Source: Candidatus Thorarchaeota archaeon (lineage in GTDB: Archaea; Asgardarchaeota; Thorarchaeia; Thorarchaeales; Thorarchaeaceae). Taken from it: a DNA stretch of 54,279 nucleotides. Of the stretch, positions 28,527-38,150 are shown one piece after another. The notes below the pieces were generated by a model, which ran no database searches, was not told where the DNA came from, and saw only the letters and a list, made by a program, of their open reading frames with translations. The stretch is from contig JAWAQK010000009.1 in assembly GCA_038893995.1 (NCBI GenBank), positions 1-54,279 on the forward strand, written 5' to 3'. The first letter of the stretch is position 1. Each line of letters opens with the position of its first letter. Both the position numbers and the translations under genes were made by a program.

Positions 28527-30562
28527 TCGAGGCCTCCCTCTTCATCGACCAAGAAGGACTCGTCCTCCGGACTTGCCTCAACATCCTCCTGTTCTGCCTC
28601 TTCCTCATCCTCAACCTGCTCAAAGCCGGTGATTGCATCCCGTATCTTCGATGCAACTGTTTCTGCGTCAAATACCTTCTTCTGCTTGGATGTGTTGACT
28701 ATCTTGGTCAGACTCTCTGCAAACTGGTCTGCGTACATGGCCAGAATGCCGGCCCTCTTTGCCTTCCTGCGTGCGGTCTCTCGACGTGTTATGTATCGTC
28801 TGAACTTCCTACCGACATCCTCAAGTGCGAGCTTTATCTCGCGAATGAGCACTTCATCCTCTGCTAGTGCCTGCTTGCTCTGGCCCTTGAACATGACATG
28901 CACATATGCACCGCAGACGTGAATGAAGAGCATCACGGGACCGCGAGGAATACCGTTCTCGAATGTGTCAATCTTGTAGTTCTTCCAGTTGACCATTGTG
29001 GTGGCCTTCCAGGTCGCACAGTCACTGTTGTCTCGGAGCTTGGGCACACGATTGACGAACCTCCACAGGACAAATGGCGCCGAAGTCGCAGGCTTGATCT
29101 CGCCCCCATAGGCCACACACACTTCGACCGCGAATGACAATCCCTTGCCGGACGTTGGTTTTCGGGTGACAGCGGCTACGAAGTCAGGCTTGTAGGCCTT
29201 TCTTATAGTATCTTCGAAGACCTCCTCTCCAACTGGGACAACGGTGTCAGTAGGTGGTGCAATGTATTCCTCGCTGGCAAAGTACTTGTAGAGCAGCTCC
29301 ACCTCTACCTGCGAAAGGGAGTCTGTGGGCGTCCTGAGGCTTATCTTGCCCAGTCGCCTTCTCGCAAGCTCTGCATTAGTGGCTTCAATGATCGCCTCCG
29401 CCTTGCTGAGGCTCATGCGACAGAAGGCGCGTGTCAGGAACCCCCCTAGGGTGCGCTCGGGGCTCTCACGCAAGAGGTCCTGGAACTCGCCGATGCGGAT
29501 ACTGGCAGGATGGGGCTGAGCGTACTTGGGCTCCTCTGGGAAGACACCCACACGCCTCGGATGGATATGCACTTCGCCATAGGGATCGATGAAGATTATG
29601 GTCACGTGTGAGTTGAGTAGCGAGGCCATCTCACAGTATGTGTCAGCATATCCCCTCTTGTACTGGATATTCAGGTAGTTCAGCCTGACGTACGTCCCAT
29701 GATCGAAGGGCAGATCCATGTCGATAGGACCATTCACATACTCCTTCGTATTTGCGGTTGTCGTGTAGAACTCTGCCACAGTTGCAAGCTGAGAGGTGAA
29801 TCTCTTCGTGACTGCAAATATGGGCTTTCCAGTCGTATTCTGAGCGTCACTGAATGCAGAGGGCGCACCGAATCCCTGACTGCCTCGGGTCTGTCTGAGC
29901 TTTTCCGACTTACTTGAGGCAAGGTATATACCATACTTCTCGAGATCAGCAGGGACCATTCCCACACCATTGTCAAAACATACAAACTCGTATACCTTGA
30001 AACCCTCTGGGTCATTGATAGGTACCAGATCTGGCATCTGTACCTCTGTGAGCTGTATTGCTACGAATGGCTCGTCCTTCTTGATGAGCGTCCTGAATGG
30101 TGTGATGAACTTCCTGAATCGCTTCAGCCTCTCCTCGAGGTCCTCCTTTGGTGCTGGGGGGATAGTGACGGGTTTACCCTCCGAGAGATCCTTCTCGAGC
30201 TGCTTCCCGATGGCGATGGAGTCGGGCAACTGGCCGATCTTCTCTCGTATCTCAGCAACTACCTCAGGCTCTAGCTGGTCGCTGAGCTTACGGCGCTTCT
30301 TGTTCTTCCACCAATAGCTCTCAAGTGCGTCTATTGCATTGTCAAGGAATTCTATTGCATACTGGGTGTGCTTGTTGAGACCAATCTCGAAGCCGACCAG
30401 TTGAGTCCTTTTCCTCATGAACTTGGCTATGGTGCCCTCTCTGATGTCGCCCTCTACTCGCTTGGCTTCGCTGATACCCGATCCGTCACGACCCAATGAA
30501 TCACACTTCCTTGTCTCTCGGCAGACTTCTCCAGCAAAGATAGTCCGAGGCTGGAGGGCCAC
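28523..30562 (-). CDS. top6B: DNA topoisomerase VI subunit B
   Basis: GHKL motifs EFLDNAIDA, DNGVG, QTRGSQGFG and GT; transducer RFVNRVP and SKQA. The true start is probably later (e.g. TTG 30496). Confidence 0.94.
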   Translation of the reverse strand: MALQPRTIFAGEVCRETRKCDSLGRDGSGISEAKRVEGDIREGTIAKFMRKRTQLVGFEIGLNKHTQYAIEFLDNAIDALESYWWKNKKRRKLSDQLEPEVVAEIREKIGQLPDSIAIGKQLEKDLSEGKPVTIPPAPKEDLEERLKRFRKFITPFRTLIKKDEPFVAIQLTEVQMPDLVPINDPEGFKVYEFVCFDNGVGMVPADLEKYGIYLASSKSEKLRQTRGSQGFGAPSAFSDAQNTTGKPIFAVTKRFTSQLATVAEFYTTTANTKEYVNGPIDMDLPFDHGTYVRLNYLNIQYKRGYADTYCEMASLLNSHVTIIFIDPYGEVHIHPRRVGVFPEEPKYAQPHPASIRIGEFQDLLRESPERTLGGFLTRAFCRMSLSKAEAIIEATNAELARRRLGKISLRTPTDSLSQVEVELLYKYFASEEYIAPPTDTVVPVGEEVFEDTIRKAYKPDFVAAVTRKPTSGKGLSFAVEVCVAYGGEIKPATSAPFVLWRFVNRVPKLRDNSDCATWKATTMVNWKNYKIDTFENGIPRGPVMLFIHVCGAYVHVMFKGQSKQALAEDEVLIREIKLALEDVGRKFRRYITRRETARRKAKRAGILAMYADQFAESLTKIVNTSKQKKVFDAETVASKIRDAITGFEQVEDEEEAEQEDVEASPEDESFLVDEEGGLE

Positions 30563-30833
30563 TCCGTATTGTGGCTTACGGTCCTTTCAAGCCCACTCTG
30601 TCATCGGATTTGCATTTATCACTTTTCCGTTGGGCCTCAATGACTTTTGAGGACCACGTAATAGGCTCGACCGTTGTTTCTGGTGGACGAATGCGACAGC
30701 CGAAGCCTATTGAGGTCGAAGCAGGTATCAACTCTCATGATCCGCCCGCAGCAGACAATCATCTTTGAGTCTCGCTATACTGGTCACAGAGATAGAGTCA
30801 ATAGCAAGCCTGGTAGTGTTCCCTCAGCGATAG

Positions 30834-31577
30834 ATGATAGAGATCATTGGTCTGTCCGGCATGGGGCTGCTCAGGCCTGGAGATGACATCATCGAGTTCA
30901 TCATAGAGGCCACGTCCAAGAACTGCTTCGCACTGCAGGACGATGACATTCTCGTGATTGCAAGCAAGGTGGTGTCCAAGTCCGAGGGACGCGTCGTGCA
31001 TCGCAGCATGATAAGTGTGTCAGAACGGGCGAGAGAGATCGCCACGCGGAATGGATTTGACGAATACCAAGTCCAGCTTGCCCTTGACGAGTCAACAAGG
31101 GTACTGAGGGATTCTGGGGTCCTGATAACAGAGCGTCATGACGGGCTTGTGTGCAACTTCGCTGGTGTTGACAAGTCGAATGTCGACAAGGACGAGTATG
31201 TGTTATTGCCTGTAGACCCGGACCAGAGTGCAAAGAGGATAGCAGACGGACTATACGATCGGACTCGCTGCAGAGTTGCGGTCATTGTTTCTGACACACA
31301 GGGCCGCCCCTGGCGTCGAGGCATCGTGAATGTTGCAATCGGATGTTCAGGGATAGGAGTTTTCAAGTACAACCGGGGCAGGAGAGACCTGTATGATAGA
31401 ACGCTTGAACACTCAACTGTGTGTCAGGCTGACGAGATTGCTGCCGCAGTCGGTCCTGTGATGGGGCAGGCGGACGAGGGAGTTCCTCTGGCGGTTGTCA
31501 GGGGTCTTAGGATTGAGGGTGACAAAGGACGCGCGTCGGAGATCGTCCGGCCCCGCTCCCAGGACATGTTCAGGTAG
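30834..31577 (+). CDS. cofE: Coenzyme F420-0:L-glutamate ligase
   Basis: IASKVVSKSEG, NFAGVDKSN, LLPVDPD, SDTQGRPWRRG and DEIAAA...MGQADEG. Confidence 0.93.
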   Translation: MIEIIGLSGMGLLRPGDDIIEFIIEATSKNCFALQDDDILVIASKVVSKSEGRVVHRSMISVSERAREIATRNGFDEYQVQLALDESTRVLRDSGVLITERHDGLVCNFAGVDKSNVDKDEYVLLPVDPDQSAKRIADGLYDRTRCRVAVIVSDTQGRPWRRGIVNVAIGCSGIGVFKYNRGRRDLYDRTLEHSTVCQADEIAAAVGPVMGQADEGVPLAVVRGLRIEGDKGRASEIVRPRSQDMFR

Positions 31578-31631
31578 AGATGTAGCGCCTCCCATGGGGA
31601 CTGCCCCACAGGGGGGCCGCCGTTTCATCAA

Positions 31632-32336
31632 CTAGAGCTTCTGTCCACAGTTTCCGCAGAACTTGGCTCCTGCCGGGACGGGACTGCCGCAGTTAATACA
31701 GAAACCGCCTCCCGTGTTCGGCTGGTATTGGATTGTGACAGACGCGGGCCCAACTGCTGGGGCACGCCCAGTGCCACCAGGAGACTCAATTGGTGCTCCA
31801 CACTTGGGACAGGAGGTAGCGCCACCCGCATGAGCACCACAATAGGGACACTTCCCCACCTGCTGTGCCTGGTTGATGTTTGCGACGACCAGTGGAATGA
31901 CCTTGCTCTGTTTGAAAGCGAAGGTCATGTTGCCTCCGGACTTGAGGTCGATTACAAGGTTGTTTCCGCTCTGAGCCGCGCTGGCAATGGCGACTATTGG
32001 CACCGCAAGACTCTCAGTGTTTCCATTTGCGTCTCTGTTGTAGAAGTTGTCGGCGGTCCAGGAGGTAAATGCAGAGTGGATGGTGGCAGCCGCGATACCG
32101 TGTCCTATGCCCCGGACTACCCTACCGCCAATCCCCCCCATCTGTCGGCCCATGCCTTCCAGCACCGCTGCTCCAGCGATAGCTCCTGCAATCATGCCAA
32201 ATTTCTTCAGTTTCTCTTTCTTTGTGGATCCGGGCTTTCGATACCAGACAAGCCGCACATCGGTAAGTTCAAGAGACCCGTCTTCCCCATCGAACTTCAC
32301 ATCGTTTTCTCGCACCATCTTCTTCTCATGGCTCAT
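31632..32336 (-). CDS. PH/GRAM-like domain with Gly-rich helical insert and two C-terminal double-CxxC zinc ribbons
   Basis: GSLELTDVRLVW...LAVPIVAIASA...LVIDLK (PH-like); CPYCG..CPKCG and CINCG..CGNCG. Confidence 0.72.
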   Translation of the reverse strand: MSHEKKMVRENDVKFDGEDGSLELTDVRLVWYRKPGSTKKEKLKKFGMIAGAIAGAAVLEGMGRQMGGIGGRVVRGIGHGIAAATIHSAFTSWTADNFYNRDANGNTESLAVPIVAIASAAQSGNNLVIDLKSGGNMTFAFKQSKVIPLVVANINQAQQVGKCPYCGAHAGGATSCPKCGAPIESPGGTGRAPAVGPASVTIQYQPNTGGGFCINCGSPVPAGAKFCGNCGQKL

Positions 32337-32658
32337 GGTCTCAAGACCAGATGAACCATAGGTGACAGTCAAGAATGCTGGTCTTTCAGACACCTTGAAC
32401 AACCTCGGCAGTCAATGTCATCGTTGCCTTTAATCTCTTTGTCGGATGGCATGGTTACAGGTAGCGTGGCAGCGACTGTGTCACTGGTGAGGGGACTGGT
32501 ACCGAGAGAGGGGGAATGACCGGTTCCAGTTTCCGCTGGTGTCGCCCAATTGAATCCTCGTTACATGCACATATTCTGATGTGTTTCAGCACCTTGCCAT
32601 GCCCCTCGCCAGCAGTACACAACTGTTCGACAGCATGCTGTCGGGCATCAACGTATGG

Positions 32659-34062
32659 CTAACCAGCGGCCTCCAGGGTCTGTCTTCGGACTCTCAGTGC
32701 CTCTGCGACTGTCACTGCCCCCACCAACGATACGACCCCTGTTAATACCATTGAAGTTGGGAAACCAAGAAACTGGGCAGTCCATCCAAATATGGCGACC
32801 TGGGGCACTGCCACCAGTGTTGAGAGAGCTGGAGTGAGAGAGTAGACGCTGTTGCGTATTCTGTCTGGGATGGCATCCAACAGGATTCGCTGGGAGAGTA
32901 TTCCAAACAGGGAGCCGAAGATCCCACATACCAGGAAGACGGCAAAGATTAGTATCAGCGGCACAATCGAGCCTGCAGGTATCTGCATCACGGCCACTGC
33001 TGTGAAGGGGAGATAGAGAGTCACCGGGTCTCCGCCAACAGGTACGAAGAAGTACATGACTGCCGCTATACACACGAAGAACACGGAACCGGTGGACATC
33101 AGCATTGCAGATCTCGGTAACCATCGAGAGATATCTAGCTTGGCGGACCATACGGCGGCACGCTGGATCTGCACTACTGACAACCAGAACAGCAGAGTTC
33201 TGTATGTAGAGACTGCAAGATCGCTGTCGAGATATGTGTAGTACATCGGAAAGAGGTAGATCATACCCCACACCGCAGACGTACCGAACAGGACCGACTG
33301 GCCAACTATCATCAGGGCAAGGAATCTATCGCGAGCCACATGTGCGAGCCCTTCGCGCAGGAGCTGTCCATAGCCGCTCATCGTCTTGCTACGGATCCTT
33401 GCATTTCTGACCTCAGGCAGGTCCTGGATCACTCGTAGGGATAGAAGCCCAACAATGAGCAGGAGGACCGCCTCCAGCCTAAAGACCCAGGTCCTACCGA
33501 TCAGCCCAGCAAGGAGGCCTCCTGGGATGAGGGCCATGGTTCCCGCCACCTGGAACAGGGCGTTCAGATTGCCGAGAATCACACCGTACCTCTTCTTCTC
33601 AGTGTCATGCGGAGCGACGACCCTGTAGTTGTTGTCAAACCACGAGCTCACCGAGCCTGACATCTGTGAGTTCCCAATACCGTTGAGCACAAACACGAAC
33701 GCAAACACCGACAGCGGCGTCAACGAATCAGTCATCGATATCGTCAACATGGCAGCAGCATAGCACAAGTGAGCGCAGCAGATTATGTATCTCTGACCAA
33801 TCCAGTCTCCAATGACGCTGCTTGGATAGTCCAGAATCGTCTGGACACCCATCTCGAGTGCCATCAGCATTCCCACAATGGCCATTCCCTCAATGAATGA
33901 GCCACCTCCCAGTGTCTCAGCTATCGAGATCATGAAGAATGTCGTAGTGAGCTGAGTGGCTATCGCGGAGAGGATCGCGATCCCAATCATACGACCAACA
34001 AGAGACTTGAGGCGCTCGTTAGACCTCTCTTCTCCCAGTAGCCTGGACAACAGGGACATCAC
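32659..34062 (-). CDS. MFS transporter
   Basis: LDYPSSVIGDWIGQR (motif A-like), about 12 TM helices and IPDRIRNSVYS. Confidence 0.88.
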   Translation of the reverse strand: MMSLLSRLLGEERSNERLKSLVGRMIGIAILSAIATQLTTTFFMISIAETLGGGSFIEGMAIVGMLMALEMGVQTILDYPSSVIGDWIGQRYIICCAHLCYAAAMLTISMTDSLTPLSVFAFVFVLNGIGNSQMSGSVSSWFDNNYRVVAPHDTEKKRYGVILGNLNALFQVAGTMALIPGGLLAGLIGRTWVFRLEAVLLLIVGLLSLRVIQDLPEVRNARIRSKTMSGYGQLLREGLAHVARDRFLALMIVGQSVLFGTSAVWGMIYLFPMYYTYLDSDLAVSTYRTLLFWLSVVQIQRAAVWSAKLDISRWLPRSAMLMSTGSVFFVCIAAVMYFFVPVGGDPVTLYLPFTAVAVMQIPAGSIVPLILIFAVFLVCGIFGSLFGILSQRILLDAIPDRIRNSVYSLTPALSTLVAVPQVAIFGWTAQFLGFPTSMVLTGVVSLVGAVTVAEALRVRRQTLEAAG

Positions 34063-34441
34063 CGCGTACCTCCCACAGGGACAGTTGGCAACTGCACACT
34101 GGCCTTCCCGAGGCTCTCAGGTCTTTGAAGAGAGGGGGCGGGCAGATTCTGTCCGACTCCGTCGTCTATCGCAACACGGGGACCGAGCCATAGCTCATCT
34201 TGGCAGTCTGACTCAGTCATCGTGAGACGCATATCGAACGACGATTCCTTCCAGAGAGCCGAATTGCTTGTGCTGTGCATGCCGATTATCATGCATCAGT
34301 CTGGATGGTGTCAATATAAGGCGGCGTCACAGATCGAGGTCACAAGACAGAGTCACAACATGATACTACATTGACCCGACAGACATATTACTCCCGCAAC
34401 AAGCCGAAGACAAGACACACATCTCAGAAGGGAGAAACACC

Positions 34442-35323
34442 ATGGAGATCAAGAGGATCGCTGTCCTCGGAGCAGGGCAGATGGGTAATGGCATAGCGCA
34501 CGTGTGCGCACAGGCGGGATATGAAGTGCTCATGCGAGACATCGAGCAGAAGTTCCTCGACAACGGAATGAGCACAATAAGGAAGAATCTCGACAGGGGT
34601 GTTAGCAAGGGCAAGATTACAAAGGAGGAGGCCGACAGGATCGTGTCAAGGATCACTCCTGTGCTCGACCTCAAGGCTGCCGTCAAGGACGCAGACCTAG
34701 TCATAGAGGCAATACCTGAGGTCGTCAAGCTGAAGCTAGACACATGGAGGGAGGTTGACCAGTTGGCCCCGGAGAGGACAATCTTTGCCTCGAATACCTC
34801 AAGCATCAGCATCACGCAGATGGCGGCCGTCACCGGCAGGCCATCCAAGTTCATCGGGATGCACTTCTTCAACCCTGTGCCCGTGATGCAACTCGTCGAG
34901 ATAATCCGTGGTCAAGCGACGTCAGACGAGACCGTAGATGTGATCAAGGCAGTGTCTTCGAAGATAGGAAAGCAGACAGTGGTGGTGAAGGAGGCACCCG
35001 GATTCGCTGTCAACAGGCTCTTGGTGCCAGCACTCAACGAGGCAATCTTCGCAATTCAGGAGGGCGTTGCTACAGTCGAGGACATGGATCTTGCAATCAA
35101 GCTCGGTCTCAACTGGCCGATGGGACCATTGACGCTTGCAGACTTTGTAGGTCTCGACACGCTGCTATACATCTCTGATTACTTCGTCGATGAGTTCAGG
35201 GACTCAAAGTATAGAGCGCCTGCACTGCTCAGAAAGATGGTCAGGGCAGGATGGCTCGGCCGTAAGTCGGGCAGAGGCTTCTATGACTACTCGACCGACC
35301 CGCCCAGACCGATCAGATTCTGA
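34442..35323 (+). CDS. hbd: 3-hydroxybutyryl/3-hydroxyacyl-CoA dehydrogenase
   Basis: GAGQMGNGIA, VIEAIPE, ASNTSS, GMHFFNP, PGFAVNR and GRKSGRGFY. Confidence 0.94.
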   Translation: MEIKRIAVLGAGQMGNGIAHVCAQAGYEVLMRDIEQKFLDNGMSTIRKNLDRGVSKGKITKEEADRIVSRITPVLDLKAAVKDADLVIEAIPEVVKLKLDTWREVDQLAPERTIFASNTSSISITQMAAVTGRPSKFIGMHFFNPVPVMQLVEIIRGQATSDETVDVIKAVSSKIGKQTVVVKEAPGFAVNRLLVPALNEAIFAIQEGVATVEDMDLAIKLGLNWPMGPLTLADFVGLDTLLYISDYFVDEFRDSKYRAPALLRKMVRAGWLGRKSGRGFYDYSTDPPRPIRF

Positions 35324-35452
35324 AATCTACCGAAGTACGCGCCCCGCTAGACCTTAGCGGCTCAGCGGGGCCACCACCATTTCTCAAGTCTGTGACCCAA
35401 GATTTCAGGAACATCGACAGGAGGGGGATAGGACCGACTGGAGTGCGTGAGG

Positions 35453-36718
35453 TCAGACCTTGCGTATCTTCTTGTCAAGAGCTCGGAGCCTCTTGGTGTC
35501 GTCACCTAGCTTGTACTTCTCTCCTGCCATCTGATAACGCATGAGCGCGTCTCTGACGAATCCCTTCTTAGCAAGCGAATCACCCTCCTCCTCTATGTGC
35601 CTGCCCCATTCTGAGTAGACTTCCCGCACGCGCTCGTTGCACCTGGCACGGGCCCTTGCGTCTGCGGTCAGCATGTAGATCTCTCGTGCCTTCTTGAACT
35701 GCACAATCGACCATTCAAACTCACCTTCCTTCGCCAGCTTCTCACCCTGTGCGAAGTGGGTTGCAGCCATCGCTTCGTAACCCTCATCCACCCTCCTGGT
35801 GGCCTCCTCGATTATCTTCGGGTTCTCAGACTCCTCTGCGAGTCGCTTGGCCTTCTCAAACGACTCGATGGCCTTCTCATGCTGCCCCTCGCGGAGGAGC
35901 TGCAGCCCGGCCTCTAGCCTGGCTCGAGCCATTGCCTCAAACACATACGGAGGATAGGTGAACCCATCAGATACCATGGGAGTTCCACAGGTAGGACAGT
36001 TGAGACCCGTGGCCTCTGTCACCTGGACATCTGATCTCTTTCGGGGTTTGCCTACGATTGCCTCGATGAAGTCTCTTGACGTGGTACCTCGGCCGGCCGG
36101 AAACAGATGTTCCACTACTTGACGGTCGGCCTCGTCCATGACAGATGGAATCGTGTGCTCGTCGACATCGAGCACCGGTTGTTCGTCGTCCTCGTGATTG
36201 ACCTTAGGGGGCTCGATCTCGACAAATGGGTTTCCCTCCTTGATATCTTCTGACGATGACTCGATGATTCCGGATTCGTCCCAGTCAATCTCGGCTGGGG
36301 GAGATTGTGACTCGCTGTCCGCATCTCCCACAGCTGCCTCGACAATGTCTTCTGGAAGGGAGTCCGTGTGGCCCATCTCAACGTCCTGGGGCGTACCATC
36401 GTCGACAGGATTGGTTCCGTCGCGGTCCTGGTATGCTGCCGACACTGCAGGAAAGTCTACTCCCAGGTCAACCGATGATGGCGTATCCTCAGTCCCCTCT
36501 TCCAGCTCAAAGTCCCACGGCAGGGTGTCGACATTCTCGAGGGACTCGTTCATTCTGGCCGAGGTCTGTTCAAGACTGGCGGATACTGGTGTTGCTGCAT
36601 CTGCCTCTCTCTTCTTGACATCCATCGTACCGTCCAGTCTGCTTCCGCACTTGATGCAGTGCGTGGACCCCTTTCCGACAGATGCCCCACAGACAGGACA
36701 GATATTCTCTGGAACCAT
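35453..36718 (-). CDS. Zinc ribbon + acidic disordered linker + C-terminal TPR/SNAP-like helical repeats
   Basis: CPVCG..CIKCG, D/E-rich linker, CPTCG and TPR-like repeats (HEKAIESFEKAKRLA, FEWSIVQFKKAREIY, VRDALMRYQMAGEKY). Confidence 0.78.
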   Translation of the reverse strand: MVPENICPVCGASVGKGSTHCIKCGSRLDGTMDVKKREADAATPVSASLEQTSARMNESLENVDTLPWDFELEEGTEDTPSSVDLGVDFPAVSAAYQDRDGTNPVDDGTPQDVEMGHTDSLPEDIVEAAVGDADSESQSPPAEIDWDESGIIESSSEDIKEGNPFVEIEPPKVNHEDDEQPVLDVDEHTIPSVMDEADRQVVEHLFPAGRGTTSRDFIEAIVGKPRKRSDVQVTEATGLNCPTCGTPMVSDGFTYPPYVFEAMARARLEAGLQLLREGQHEKAIESFEKAKRLAEESENPKIIEEATRRVDEGYEAMAATHFAQGEKLAKEGEFEWSIVQFKKAREIYMLTADARARARCNERVREVYSEWGRHIEEEGDSLAKKGFVRDALMRYQMAGEKYKLGDDTKRLRALDKKIRKV

Positions 36719-36845
36719 TGTGAGATCTCCTTGGCATTACCAGTGAAGTAGGCGATCGAGCTGATCACCCAGAGGCTACATGACCATTTTGATTCTCCAA
36801 CCATCTTTCATAAGAGTTGCTAGTGTGTCTGAGGTTGGATACGTC

Positions 36846-37469
36846 CTAGTAGAATAGCATACAGACAGCGAGAGAGACGACGACTCCTATCGTTAGTCCC
36901 GCCACGCCTTCCGTCAGCGTGTGCTGCTGGAGGGCCGTGCGTGACCAGACTACCGCACACCATAGGGGTAAGAGAAAGCACAGCAGGACGGGACCATACA
37001 TGTAGATCAACACAGTCCCTGGTCCCCCGATTCCCGCCGCATGAACCGACACTTTCTCCCTGAGAGAGACCACCATCACCACAAACGTAACTGCAATGTA
37101 GGCCGCAGCAAGTGTCCGCATTACCAATGACTGGTAGATCAGGTACAACGCATAGGCACAGGAGTAGCACAGAAGCGCAGACAGAAAGAACGGGGCCCTC
37201 TTCGTCCTGTCAGAAACGTCCAGATCGATAATACCGCGCCACGCCTGAATGACAATCGGGGCAGCCGGTAGAACTACCATGAATACTAGGCATATTGCGA
37301 CAGACTCAACTGGACTGAGTATGGGCCCAAGGCCAGTGCCCGGGGGCACAAGAGACAGCAGTGTGCCAACGTAGAAGTTTATCAGTGGCGCAGGAGTCAG
37401 TCTTGAGATGACCCGTGCTGCAAGTACAGTGTTACCGCCAAGTCCGAGACCCTGATCGTGAAATCTCAT
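36846..37469 (-). CDS. PAP2-like membrane protein
   Basis: KVSVHAAG and WSRTALQQHTLTEGVAG resemble PAP2 C2/C3 motifs; multiple TM helices. Confidence 0.72.
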   Translation of the reverse strand: MRFHDQGLGLGGNTVLAARVISRLTPAPLINFYVGTLLSLVPPGTGLGPILSPVESVAICLVFMVVLPAAPIVIQAWRGIIDLDVSDRTKRAPFFLSALLCYSCAYALYLIYQSLVMRTLAAAYIAVTFVVMVVSLREKVSVHAAGIGGPGTVLIYMYGPVLLCFLLPLWCAVVWSRTALQQHTLTEGVAGLTIGVVVSLAVCMLFY

Positions 37470-37570
37470 AACGTTCCGCAGAGGGTCTCGTCACTGGTGA
37501 CCATATTAGTGTCCCTATTCCTGCGAATCGTCAACAACATCGACCGTAATAGACCCACAGGCGTCTACGT

Positions 37571-37879
37571 CTAGGACGTGGACATTGTCACAAGGATGAA
37601 CTCCTCTTGGGGTGCAATCCTTATTCCGCCCTGATTCGTCTGGATCTGAATGAACTGCATCTCAGCCCCCTCATTCATCTGACAGATTATCTCTTTGGTC
37701 TTGCCTATCAGAGAACTCAGGAGCGCCGATACCTCCTCTGCCCTCTCCATGGTCACACCCCAAGTATTGATCGGAAAGCCCTCCGGACTGATGAATAGGG
37801 CTGCATATACGTCGGGGAATCGTGATGTGAGGTTCTGGATGATGCGTTCGAAGATCTCACGCTTTGGCATGACGGGCAT
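37571..37879 (-). CDS. Roadblock/LC7 protein resembling dynein light chain DYNLRB
   Basis: ISPEGFPINT...SALLSSLIGKTKEII...MQFIQIQTNQGGIRIAPQEEFILVT. Confidence 0.85.
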   Translation of the reverse strand: MPVMPKREIFERIIQNLTSRFPDVYAALFISPEGFPINTWGVTMERAEEVSALLSSLIGKTKEIICQMNEGAEMQFIQIQTNQGGIRIAPQEEFILVTMSTS

Positions 37880-38150
37880 ATTGACACACTTCCACTCCTT
37901 TAGGAGTCCGCTGTCCTGAGTGAGGGAGGCTAATTCAAAGAAAAGGTTTGTGCCTGTGTAGACCACCGGTGCTCATCATCCCAGGGAAGACCGGTAACTA
38001 CCTGATACTGCCATTCATCGTTCCAGGAGGAGTCGTTCGCGGGGAGTCGTCTGTACCTCAGGGATTCCCGTTCATTTTCGCCGTCAGTGTGATTTTTATA
38101 TGTACTAGTGAGAATCAATCAGTGAACGTCCAGACGATCAGTCGACCCGA

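Noticed and set aside
28015-28867. Long plus-strand ORFs (205 and 229 aa) opposite top6A/top6B
   Set aside because: Antisense shadows of low-complexity K/E-rich coding sequence.
31585-31622. GC-rich hairpin between convergent cofE and the PH-like gene
   Set aside because: Only short stems, as expected by chance at this GC content.
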